From assembly GCA_009840355.1 (NCBI GenBank), contig VXNZ01000050.1:33099-97098 (forward strand): a stretch of DNA of 64,000 nt, given 5' to 3'. Origin of the DNA: Chloroflexota bacterium (GTDB lineage: Bacteria; Chloroflexota; Dehalococcoidia; Lucifugimonadales; JADFKI01). Shown in pieces: positions 46,730 to 54,599 of this stretch. The notes under the pieces are model-generated. The model was not told where the DNA came from. It made no database searches and saw only the letters and a list, made by a program, of their open reading frames with translations. Made by a program: the position numbers and the translations under genes. How positions within the stretch are numbered: the stretch's first letter is position 1; every line of letters begins with the position of its first letter.

Positions 46730-49700
46730 ATGTTCAATCCCGTCGATACCAAGACCGATTTCACTGCTATGGAACGCGACATCCTCGACTGGTGGGAGCG
46801 CAACGACATCCCGACCAAGTATATGCAGCGCAATTCCGGCGCCGATAAGACTCATTCGTTTATCGACGGGCCCATCACCGCCAACAATCCTATGGGCGTT
46901 CATCACGCCTGGGGCAGATCCTACAAGGACATCTTCCTGCGTTTTCGCGCTATGCAGGGCTACGACCAGCGCTATCAGAACGGCTTCGACGGGCAAGGGC
47001 TTTGGATCGAAGTCGAAGTGGAAAAGGAACTCGGCTTCAAGTCCAAACGCGACATCGAAGCGTTCGGCGTCGGCAAGTTCGTGGATATGTGCAAGCAGCG
47101 CGTTGACCGCTTCGCCGACATCATCTCGCAGCAGAGCATCCGGCTCGGCTATTGGATGGACTGGGACGATTCGTATCACACCAAGTCCGACGAGAATAAC
47201 TACACCATCTGGCACTTCCTGAAGACTTGCCACCGGAAGGGCTGGCTGTACGAAGGGCGCGATGTTATGCCGTGGTGCCCTCGCTGCGGCACGGGTCTGT
47301 CCGAGCACGAAATCGTAACCGAAGGCTACAAGGAAATCGTACACCCCGGTCTGTTCGTCAAGTTCCCCCTCATAAATGTCCCTTCCCCCTCGATGAGTGA
47401 AGGTCAGGATGGGAGTGAAGAAAGCAAAGAATCCTTGCTGGTCTGGACGACCACGCCTTGGACGCTCACCGCGAACGCCGCCGCCGCCGTACATCCCGAA
47501 AAGACCTACATCAAGGTGCGGCAGGGCGACGATACACTGTATCTCATCAAAGAACGCGCGTCCGTGCTGAAGGGCGACTACGAAGTGCTGGGCGAACTGC
47601 CGGCAAGCGAACTTGTCGGCGCGCGATACCGGGCGCCGTTCGGGGAATTGCCCGTGCAGGAAGGTGTTGAACACCGCGTCGTCGCGTGGGACGAGGTGAG
47701 CGAGAGCGAAGGCACGGGCATCGTGCACATCGCGCCGGGCGCCGGTAAGGAAGACTTCGAGCTGGGCAATGAGAACGGCATCCCCGCCATCGCGCCGTTG
47801 GACGAATACGGAGATTTCGTGGACGGCTTCGACTGGCTGACCGGACGGAATGTCTATGACACGAACGACGCCATCTACGACAGCCTCAAGGCCAAGGGCG
47901 TCTTCTACAATCTGGAACGATATTCGCACCGCTACCCGGTCTGCTGGCGCTGCGATTCGGAGCTGGTCTTCCGGCTGGTGGACGAATGGTTCATCAGCAT
48001 GGGCGAAAAGCACGACAAGCCCCGCGAAGAACTGACCGGCGCGGAAAAGGCGGACAGCCTGCGCTACCAGATTATGGATGTGGTGGACGATATCCGCTGG
48101 GTGCCGGAGTTCGGCTACGCGCGCGAACTCGACTGGCTGCGCAACATGGATGACTGGATGATCTCCAAGAAGCGCTACTATGGCTTAGCGCTGCCCATCT
48201 ACAAATGCGCCGAGTGCGGCTGGTTCGATGTCATCGGCAGCGAGACTGAGCTGCAATGTCGCGCCGTAGAAGGCTGGGATGAATTCGCCGGCAACTCGCC
48301 GCACCGCCCTTGGGTTGATTCGGTGAAGATTCGCTGCGACAAGTGCGGCGCAACCGTTAGCCGCATCGAAGATGTTGGCAACGCCTGGCTGGACGCGGGC
48401 ATCGTGTCGTTCTCCACTATCCAGTATCGCCACGACCAGGAATACTGGCGCAAGTGGTTCCCCGCCGACTGGATTTCTGAGAGTTTCCCCGGACAGTTCC
48501 GCAACTGGTTTTACTCTCTGCTCACGATGAGCACAGTGCTGGAAAACACTGCACCGTTCAAGTCGGTCTTCAGCTACGCCCTGATGCGCGACGACAAGGG
48601 CGAGGAGATGCATAAGAGCAAGGGTAACGCCATCTGGTTCGAGGACGCCGCCGAGCGCATGGGCGTCGACGCGATGCGCTGGGTGTTCCTGCGCCAAAAT
48701 CCCGCGCTCAACATCAACTTCGGCTTCCGTTCCGCCGACGAAGTGCGCCGCCGCTTCATCATCCCGCTGTGGAATGTCTATTCGTTCTTCGTAACATACG
48801 CGAACATCGACCGCTACGATGCCACGGCAACGCCGCCGCCGGTGTCGGAGCGCGCCGAATTAGACCGTTGGATACTGTCCGAGCTGAACCAGCTTGTCAG
48901 GGAAGTAACGGACGCGTTCGAGAACTTCGATCCGGATAGGGCGGCGCGCCATGTCGAGGGCTTCGTCGAATACCTGTCGAACTGGTATGTACGCCGCAGC
49001 CGCCGCCGCTTCTGGAAGGCGGGAATCCTCGCCGAGAACGCGGACGCCGACAAGCACGGCGCATACGCCACGCTGTACGAATGCTTGCTCACGCTGATAA
49101 AGCTCATCGCGCCGGTGACGCCGTTCATGACCGAGCAGATGTATGGCAATCTGACGAATGGGCAAAGTAAAGAAAGTGTCCATCTGGACGACTTCCCTGT
49201 CGCGGATGAATCGCTGATAGATGAAAGCCTGTCACGCGCAACCCGTATGATAATGCAGCTCTCAAGCATGGGACGCGCTGCGCGGCAGAAGGCGGGCATC
49301 AAGGTGCGCCAGCCCGTGCAGACGATGAAGGTGCTGGTGTCCGGCGAGTCCGACAAAGCGACGGTGGAGGCGCTGTCCGACCAGCTCAGGGAGGAGCTGA
49401 ATGTCAAGGATGTAGAGGTAATCTACGACAGCGAAGGCATGGGAGACATACACTTCTGGGACTGGAAAGTATCGCCGAACATGCGAGTCCTGGGACCGAA
49501 GTACGGGCCGCGCCTGCGCGAGATTACCGAAGGGCTGACAGAAATGGACCCGCGCGAGGTCGTAACCAAACTGCGGCAGCGCGAAAAAGTCGTCATCCCG
49601 CCAAAGGACGTATCGCTACCCCGAATAGAGTTGGGCGCATCCGAGGAAGAGATAGTTCGAATGTCTGAAGACGCTCCTCAGACCGCTACTTATGTCTTCA

Positions 49701-50101
49701 CGAAAGGACCCGATGACCCCGTACTGAGTTCCGGGCTGTTCGACATTTTAGAAGAAAGAATCGCTCCAGAAGGCTTTGCGGCAGAAGAAGACAGGGCATA
49801 CTCGGTCGCGCTGTCGACGGAAATTACACCAGACCTGCGCCTCGAAGGCGACGCCCGCGAGCTTGTGCACGGCATTCAGAACATGCGCCGCTCCGCCGAC
49901 TTCGACATAGCCGATCACATCGTCACGTACTACGAGAGCAGCCCGGAACTCCACGCCGTAATCGCGGCGCACGGCGACTATATCCGGCAGGAGACGCTGT
50001 CGCAGGAGCTGGTGAGCCAGTTGCCCGCCGATGACGCCTACACCGAGACGCTGAAGGTGAATAGCATACAGGCAACCATCGGAGTGCGGCGGGCTGGATA
50101 G
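46730..50101 (+). CDS. ileS: Isoleucine--tRNA ligase (long, type-2-like)
   Basis: PMGVHHAWG (HIGH-type), WTTTPWTL (editing-domain entry) and KMHKSKGN (KMSKS-type). The start is set at the ATG at 46730, preceded by CAGGAG. Confidence 0.95.
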   Translation: MFNPVDTKTDFTAMERDILDWWERNDIPTKYMQRNSGADKTHSFIDGPITANNPMGVHHAWGRSYKDIFLRFRAMQGYDQRYQNGFDGQGLWIEVEVEKELGFKSKRDIEAFGVGKFVDMCKQRVDRFADIISQQSIRLGYWMDWDDSYHTKSDENNYTIWHFLKTCHRKGWLYEGRDVMPWCPRCGTGLSEHEIVTEGYKEIVHPGLFVKFPLINVPSPSMSEGQDGSEESKESLLVWTTTPWTLTANAAAAVHPEKTYIKVRQGDDTLYLIKERASVLKGDYEVLGELPASELVGARYRAPFGELPVQEGVEHRVVAWDEVSESEGTGIVHIAPGAGKEDFELGNENGIPAIAPLDEYGDFVDGFDWLTGRNVYDTNDAIYDSLKAKGVFYNLERYSHRYPVCWRCDSELVFRLVDEWFISMGEKHDKPREELTGAEKADSLRYQIMDVVDDIRWVPEFGYARELDWLRNMDDWMISKKRYYGLALPIYKCAECGWFDVIGSETELQCRAVEGWDEFAGNSPHRPWVDSVKIRCDKCGATVSRIEDVGNAWLDAGIVSFSTIQYRHDQEYWRKWFPADWISESFPGQFRNWFYSLLTMSTVLENTAPFKSVFSYALMRDDKGEEMHKSKGNAIWFEDAAERMGVDAMRWVFLRQNPALNINFGFRSADEVRRRFIIPLWNVYSFFVTYANIDRYDATATPPPVSERAELDRWILSELNQLVREVTDAFENFDPDRAARHVEGFVEYLSNWYVRRSRRRFWKAGILAENADADKHGAYATLYECLLTLIKLIAPVTPFMTEQMYGNLTNGQSKESVHLDDFPVADESLIDESLSRATRMIMQLSSMGRAARQKAGIKVRQPVQTMKVLVSGESDKATVEALSDQLREELNVKDVEVIYDSEGMGDIHFWDWKVSPNMRVLGPKYGPRLREITEGLTEMDPREVVTKLRQREKVVIPPKDVSLPRIELGASEEEIVRMSEDAPQTATYVFTKGPDDPVLSSGLFDILEERIAPEGFAAEEDRAYSVALSTEITPDLRLEGDARELVHGIQNMRRSADFDIADHIVTYYESSPELHAVIAAHGDYIRQETLSQELVSQLPADDAYTETLKVNSIQATIGVRRAG
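47381..47418. repeat. REP-like element copy embedded in frame inside ileS
   Basis: CCTTCCCCCTCGATGAGTGAAGGTCAGGATGGGAGTGA versus the intergenic copy CCTTCCCCCTCGATGGGGGAAGGTTAGGATGGGGGTGT (19412-19448): ~5 mismatches over 38 nt. It encodes PSPSMSEGQDGSE. Confidence 0.7.
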
Positions 50102-50158
50102 TTAGGAAGGTGAAGCCTATATTTGCTCCTCGGTAAGTGAAGGTGTTACTTTCCGATA

Positions 50159-50488
50159 ATGATTGAAGTCATCGCATACACTGACCACAGAGGGCGCAAT
50201 CCCTTTCGGCGCTGGCACGACAGGCTGGATAGCATCGCGGCAAATAGAATAGAGTCGGCTTTGTTTCAGATGCGGGCGGGAAACTTATCCAATGCTAGAA
50301 GCGTCGGGCGCGGCGTATCGGAATACCGTATTAACTTCGGACCCGGATACAGAATCTACTTCGGCAGAGACGGCGACACACTAATCATCCTGCTCGGTGG
50401 CGGCACAAAGAGCCGCCAGCATAGAGATATTCAGAACGCTCATACTCTTTGGCGAGAGTACAGACATAACAAGCGGCGAGAGGCTTAA
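50159..50488 (+). CDS. RelE/ParE-superfamily addiction-module killer protein (Gp49-like)
   Basis: RNPFRRWHDRLD...GRGVSEYRINFGPGYRIYFGRDGDTLIILLGGGTKSRQHRDI, the typical pattern. Confidence 0.8.
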   Translation: MIEVIAYTDHRGRNPFRRWHDRLDSIAANRIESALFQMRAGNLSNARSVGRGVSEYRINFGPGYRIYFGRDGDTLIILLGGGTKSRQHRDIQNAHTLWREYRHNKRREA

Positions 50489-50490
50489 AC

Positions 50491-50874
50491 ATGGCTAACA
50501 AGCTTGGCATACCCATTGACGACATTTTCCGGGAACGCGCGCAATGGGACCCTGTATATCGTGCAATGATGCTCCCAAGCGCAATCGACCTTCTTCTCTC
50601 CGATGATGTCAGAGTCGGGAAAATCGCACTACACTCTTGCATCTACTCCACCATCGGCTACGAAAAGCTTGGCGAGCTTATGGGCAAGACGCCCGACGAC
50701 ATCAAGCGCATGTGCCATCCCGACCACGACACAAGCGTGAACGACCTCTTCGACATAATCAAGCATATCCGGCAGCACGAAGGCATTCGCCTCGAAGTAA
50801 AGGGATGCTCTAGCGAGCAGGACTGCGAATCCGTTGCTCACGACGAGCCTGCCGAAACTGTCGCTGCTACATAA
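50491..50874 (+). CDS. Putative addiction-module antidote protein (HTH)
   Basis: Position 3 nt after the killer gene. IGYEKLGELMGKTPDDIKRM is HTH-like and is followed by GIRLEV. Moderate resemblance only. Confidence 0.55.
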   Translation: MANKLGIPIDDIFRERAQWDPVYRAMMLPSAIDLLLSDDVRVGKIALHSCIYSTIGYEKLGELMGKTPDDIKRMCHPDHDTSVNDLFDIIKHIRQHEGIRLEVKGCSSEQDCESVAHDEPAETVAAT

Positions 50875-50876
50875 TT

Positions 50877-50956
50877 CCTTCCCCCTTGACGGGGGAAGGT
50901 TAGGATGGGGGTGACGAACATCCCCTCTCCCGGAAGGAGAGGCTTAGGGTGAGGGC
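50877..50956. repeat. Two adjacent REP-like hairpin elements
   Basis: CCTTCCCCC-TTGAC-GGGGGAAGGTTAGGATGGGGGTG, then the variant CCCCTCTCCC-GGAA-GGAGAGGCTTAGGGTGAGGG. Confidence 0.7.
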
Positions 50957-50963
50957 AAAACCA

Positions 50964-51467
50964 ATGAACCTCTACATACTCAGGCACGGCATCGCTGCCG
51001 ACCGCGATAGCCGCGAATACCCGGACGACGATTTGCGTCCTCTTACCGGCAGGGGCATTGACCGCATGCGCCGCCAAGTTGCGGGGATGAACGCCATTGG
51101 CATCGCTCCGGATGTGCTTATCGCCAGCCCGCTCGTGCGCGCCGCGCAGACGGCTGACATTGTGCGGCAAGGATTGGAATCGCCGCCGCGTATGGTGTCG
51201 TCCATTGCCCTTGTGCCTGAAGCGCACCCGAGCGCGATTCTTCACGACATTGCCACGCATCACTCCGCCGTTGCCGATGTGATGGTCGTCGGGCACGAGC
51301 CGCACCTTAGCAACCTTGTCGCCTTTGCGCTCACCGGCAGCGTCGCTGACATCGTCAAGCTCAAGAAAGGCGCGCTCTGCAAACTGTCGATTGACCCCGC
51401 GAACACGCCGGAACGCGCCCGCCTGCTATGGGCGCTGACGCCGCGCCAGATATTGAAAATGGCATAA
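50964..51467 (+). CDS. sixA: Phosphohistidine phosphatase SixA-like (histidine phosphatase superfamily)
   Basis: MNLYILRHGIA (RHG motif), SPLVRAAQTA and GHEPHLS. The start is moved to 50964 because the upstream codons belong to the REP element. Confidence 0.8.
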   Translation: MNLYILRHGIAADRDSREYPDDDLRPLTGRGIDRMRRQVAGMNAIGIAPDVLIASPLVRAAQTADIVRQGLESPPRMVSSIALVPEAHPSAILHDIATHHSAVADVMVVGHEPHLSNLVAFALTGSVADIVKLKKGALCKLSIDPANTPERARLLWALTPRQILKMA

Positions 51468-51552
51468 TCGACGCGGCAGAGTATAATCACTCGCAGATAC
51501 TGTCTGATAGGATTGACGCGACCGAAGTGAGATACGCAAAGGGAGGTTCGTT

Positions 51553-51996
51553 ATGACGGAACTGAGTCTGGCTTACGCCGTGCGGAGTTACAGCACCGGC
51601 ACGCTTGGGCGCGCGATATGCAACGCGCGCAACCATCACTGGGTCGCCGACGACTCCGGCGGCGAGGAAATTGGCGCAGGTGAGCTATTCCTCGGCGGCA
51701 TATCGGCATGCGCGGTCAATATGATCGAGCGCGTCGCGCAAGAGGAAGAGCGCCCGCTCGAATGGATGGACGTCAGCGTCGAGGCGTACCGCGACCCGAA
51801 CCCGCCGCCGTCGGACAGGCTGGTGTACGACGACATCCGCATCCACTTCAAGATGTGGGGCGTGAGCGACGAAGACGGCGAAGCGCTGGTGGACACATGG
51901 AAACGCCGTTGACCGCTCTACGGTTCGGTTGCGGTCGCAACCCCAAGCACATCAGTAACGGCAGAGTTCAGCGCAGACCCGCACCCACGGAGTTAG
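51553..51996 (+). CDS. OsmC/Ohr-family protein, candidate selenoprotein (in-frame TGA at 51910-51912 read as Sec). Alternatively a nonsense-truncated gene ending at 51912.
   Basis: The first conserved Cys is at residue 53 (GGISACAVNM). The TGA is codon 120 and is followed in frame by PLYGSVAVATPSTSVTAEFSADPHPRS and a TAG, which reconstitutes the family C-P motif spacing and a ~147-aa length. A hairpin lies 14 nt downstream. Confidence 0.55.
51927..51942 (+). promoter_or_regulatory. SECIS-like hairpin
   Basis: GGTTGC-GGTC-GCAACC: a perfect 6-bp stem with a GGUC loop starting 14 nt after the TGA codon. It resembles the apical part of the E. coli fdhF SECIS as I recall it (GGUUGCA-GGUCU-GCACC). 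Confidence 0.5.
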
Positions 51997-52045
51997 AAGC
52001 GAACAGCAGAAAGGTACGCCAGCAAGAGCCTTGGGCGAGCGCATA

Positions 52046-52435
52046 TCAGAGCCTCAGGCCTCTGTATTCGTCCGATAGCCTGCCGTTTGGCGAGAGGAAC
52101 TTGGCGAAGGGACGCGGTTCGTTCGTGTCAACTCCTTCGAGAGTTTCCCACACCCTAAGCAAGGTAAGCAGAACTCTGGGAGGGCGTTCTTCGCCGGTCG
52201 TCAGGAATATGATGCCAATACCTGCATCTACGATCGCCTGGCGCTCGGTAGAAATAAGTAGCATCTTCTTGTTGCAGCTAAGAACCAGCATCCCAAGGCT
52301 TCCGGCCAAAGCCAGCCACTCCACATCGGGCATGCCTCCCCATCCTTGCCTCACAAGCGCCCTTGCGTCATATCCAACAGCAGTTAAAGCGATGGGAACT
52401 CCGGTGCCTATATCCTCATCGCAGAGAAGTATCAC
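52046..52435 (-). CDS. DUF5615-like PIN-like putative toxin
   Basis: ILLCDEDIGTGVP...GYDA...DVEWLALAG...LVLSCNKKM resembles the DUF5615 layout. Overlaps the upstream DUF433 gene by 4 nt. Confidence 0.5.
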   Translation of the reverse strand: MILLCDEDIGTGVPIALTAVGYDARALVRQGWGGMPDVEWLALAGSLGMLVLSCNKKMLLISTERQAIVDAGIGIIFLTTGEERPPRVLLTLLRVWETLEGVDTNEPRPFAKFLSPNGRLSDEYRGLRL

Positions 52436-53112
52436 GCTGCAATTCCGTCCCCATACTGCAACACAGTTTCCACGACATCGGCTTCCATCTCCAAATCTTC
52501 GGCGATGAATCCAATCTTGTTACCCGCGCGCCAACGCTTGAAGACGGCGTTCACGCTGATTCCTCTGCCTTTGATAGTAGGGATGCCAGAGCTAATACGC
52601 GGGTCGATTACGATGGGATACTCTTTGCCTAAGGGGAACCATTTCGCCGCAAGTTCATCTTCGTACTCGACTTGGAGAATTGTGTCGATGATAAGCCCGG
52701 GCAAGGACCACTGCGCCGGGTTGTCAAACGCTTGCAGGCTGCCTCCAATATCTTCGCCTTCAAGCCGAGCGATGATATGTCCCCCCAGCGACTCCAATTT
52801 CAGATGAGCAAAGGGATACTCGACTTTCAAGATTTCCGCGGCGTTCCGATAGGCGGCATGCACATCACGATAACGCGCATTGTCAACCATTCTGAATCGC
52901 GCGGCAACGACTGTTTCCATTAGCTGAAGGTAGGACAGCATTGACCCACCGGCGACACCTCCGGGGAACAACGGAGGCACAGCGCCTTTGGCTTTCGTTG
53001 AGTATCCAAGGAACCAGTTTTTGACGGTGGTCGTTGACACATTGGCGAGGCGCGCGGCTTCAACGAAGCTATACATCGGTTGGGTTCGCCATTTGTCGGC
53101 AATGGCAGTCAT
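52432..53112 (-). CDS. HTH + DUF433 domain putative antitoxin
   Basis: N-terminal YSFVEAARLANVSTTTVKNWF (HTH). C-terminal SSGIPTIKGRGISVNAVFKRWRAGNKIGFIAEDLEMEADVVETVLQY (DUF433 pattern). Confidence 0.6.
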   Translation of the reverse strand: MTAIADKWRTQPMYSFVEAARLANVSTTTVKNWFLGYSTKAKGAVPPLFPGGVAGGSMLSYLQLMETVVAARFRMVDNARYRDVHAAYRNAAEILKVEYPFAHLKLESLGGHIIARLEGEDIGGSLQAFDNPAQWSLPGLIIDTILQVEYEDELAAKWFPLGKEYPIVIDPRISSGIPTIKGRGISVNAVFKRWRAGNKIGFIAEDLEMEADVVETVLQYGDGIAA

Positions 53113-53219
53113 ACATCGCCTCCTCGAATTCGCCCTGCTGAAGCGGTGTGCTTGATATTATCATACCAGCGTCATTTCATACTAATGTGGACGAACCCTA
53201 GCCGCCGTTCTCATGCCCC

Positions 53220-53639
53220 TTACCCCCGCGCCATGAAGACAAACCGGAAATCCGCGCCTACGCAGTTTGCGCCGCGTGTCTTGCGAGCGCCGATGTTGTC
53301 CACGCTTAGCAGGTGGCCATAGTCCACGGCACCGTCCCAGCTTGGGTCGGTGTTCGCTGCCGCCTCGATGCTGCGCGCGCCCTGCGGCTCTACCAGCGCG
53401 TCTAGCATCGCTTCTGCCTGCCGCGCGTCCGCCGCCGAAACTAGCACTTCCACGCGCATGCTCCCCCTGACCGCGCCGCCAAGCGTCTCCACCGACTCGC
53501 GCGATTCCAGACGCACAATTGCCGCCGGGAATTCGTGCACGCTGTCCGGCGCGTGGTCGAATACCCGCAGCCCGTCTATGTTCGACAGAACAGACGCCAG
53601 CCCCCGCTTCGCTACACCGATTTCGTTCGCCATCACCAT
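53220..53639 (-). CDS. Phage-like hypothetical protein (possible head-tail joining/tail-completion, DUF3168-like)
   Basis: Position downstream of the connector gene. The VFDHAPDSVHEFPAAIV pattern is reminiscent of DUF3168. Weak. Confidence 0.35.
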   Translation of the reverse strand: MVMANEIGVAKRGLASVLSNIDGLRVFDHAPDSVHEFPAAIVRLESRESVETLGGAVRGSMRVEVLVSAADARQAEAMLDALVEPQGARSIEAAANTDPSWDGAVDYGHLLSVDNIGARKTRGANCVGADFRFVFMARG

Positions 53640-53674
53640 TCCCTCAAAATCCTAACCATCCTGTCCATCGGTTA

Positions 53675-54508
53675 TTAATAGACACCAAGCGCGGGCTTGC
53701 GGTAGGCGCCTAGCAGCAAGCCGATGTCGGAGTCCATGCCGATTTCGCTTGTTTGCCAGTCGTCCACGCCGCCGCGCGCTCCGTGCCAAAGGCGCACCGC
53801 GAGCAGCAACGCAGCCTCGCCCACGGGCGGCGGATATTCATAGATGTCTATCGGCGCGTTTTGCGCTATCGATGCCGCCGTCGTGCCGTTCACTCCGCGC
53901 CGCACTGCCATCGTATCGCCGTCGCGCGCCAGCACATATATCTGCTCGCTGCCAATCAGCAGCGTGTTGCCCGCGCCAACTTCGGCACTCCCACTTACGG
54001 CAGCGGACAGCAAGATAGTCGCAGTATCGGCACCGGCGTTTGCGCCCACGACACGCGATATGCGCCGCAGATGCTGCCACCAACCCCATACGCCTTCGAC
54101 CTCAACATTGCCGCGACCGGCCGGGAATATCGCCCTGCCGATCGCCGCGCCGGTGGCAAGCAGCCGCGTGTATGGACGCGAATACGGATTGCCCGCCGAT
54201 GCCGGATCCGCGTCGTAGGGCAGCAGGTCGTAGTCGGCCGCGCTCCATGGCGTCGCCGGTCCTCTGATGCCGCCATAAATCCGCACGCCGTCCACGCTCA
54301 CGAGATCCGGCACGCCGATAGTCGTTTCGCCGCTTCCGTCCAGCCGTATCGTCGCCCGCCGCGCGTAAAAGTGCCGGTTGCACCAGCGATCTATCGCGCC
54401 GCTCGCCGCCTCTGCCAGCGCCAGCAGCCTGTCATCATTCGCCGTCCCGGTGATGTTCAGCGCGGACGGACTTTTCAGCGCGTCCGGCGTTATGTATGCA
54501 TGTGTCAT
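53675..54508 (-). CDS. Phage head-tail connector (gp6-like) domain protein with long C-terminal extension
   Basis: MTHAYITPDALKS...DDRLLALAEAASGAIDRWCNRHF matches the gp6-like connector N-terminus. The start is set at MTHAY because the upstream codons are dispersed-repeat sequence. Confidence 0.5.
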   Translation of the reverse strand: MTHAYITPDALKSPSALNITGTANDDRLLALAEAASGAIDRWCNRHFYARRATIRLDGSGETTIGVPDLVSVDGVRIYGGIRGPATPWSAADYDLLPYDADPASAGNPYSRPYTRLLATGAAIGRAIFPAGRGNVEVEGVWGWWQHLRRISRVVGANAGADTATILLSAAVSGSAEVGAGNTLLIGSEQIYVLARDGDTMAVRRGVNGTTAASIAQNAPIDIYEYPPPVGEAALLLAVRLWHGARGGVDDWQTSEIGMDSDIGLLLGAYRKPALGVY

Positions 54509-54599
54509 AGAACAATCCTTCAAGCAAACATGGATGTACAAGATGGAAGGGATATATCCTGTCCATCCCCTCCATCCCATGTCCCATGTCGGTCTGGTG

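Noticed and set aside
46724-48013. 429-aa minus-strand ORF inside ileS, and similar antisense ORFs at 48185..48697 and 48814..49407.
   Set aside because: They are antisense to a clearly identified IleRS gene, have no motifs, and have shadow-ORF composition.
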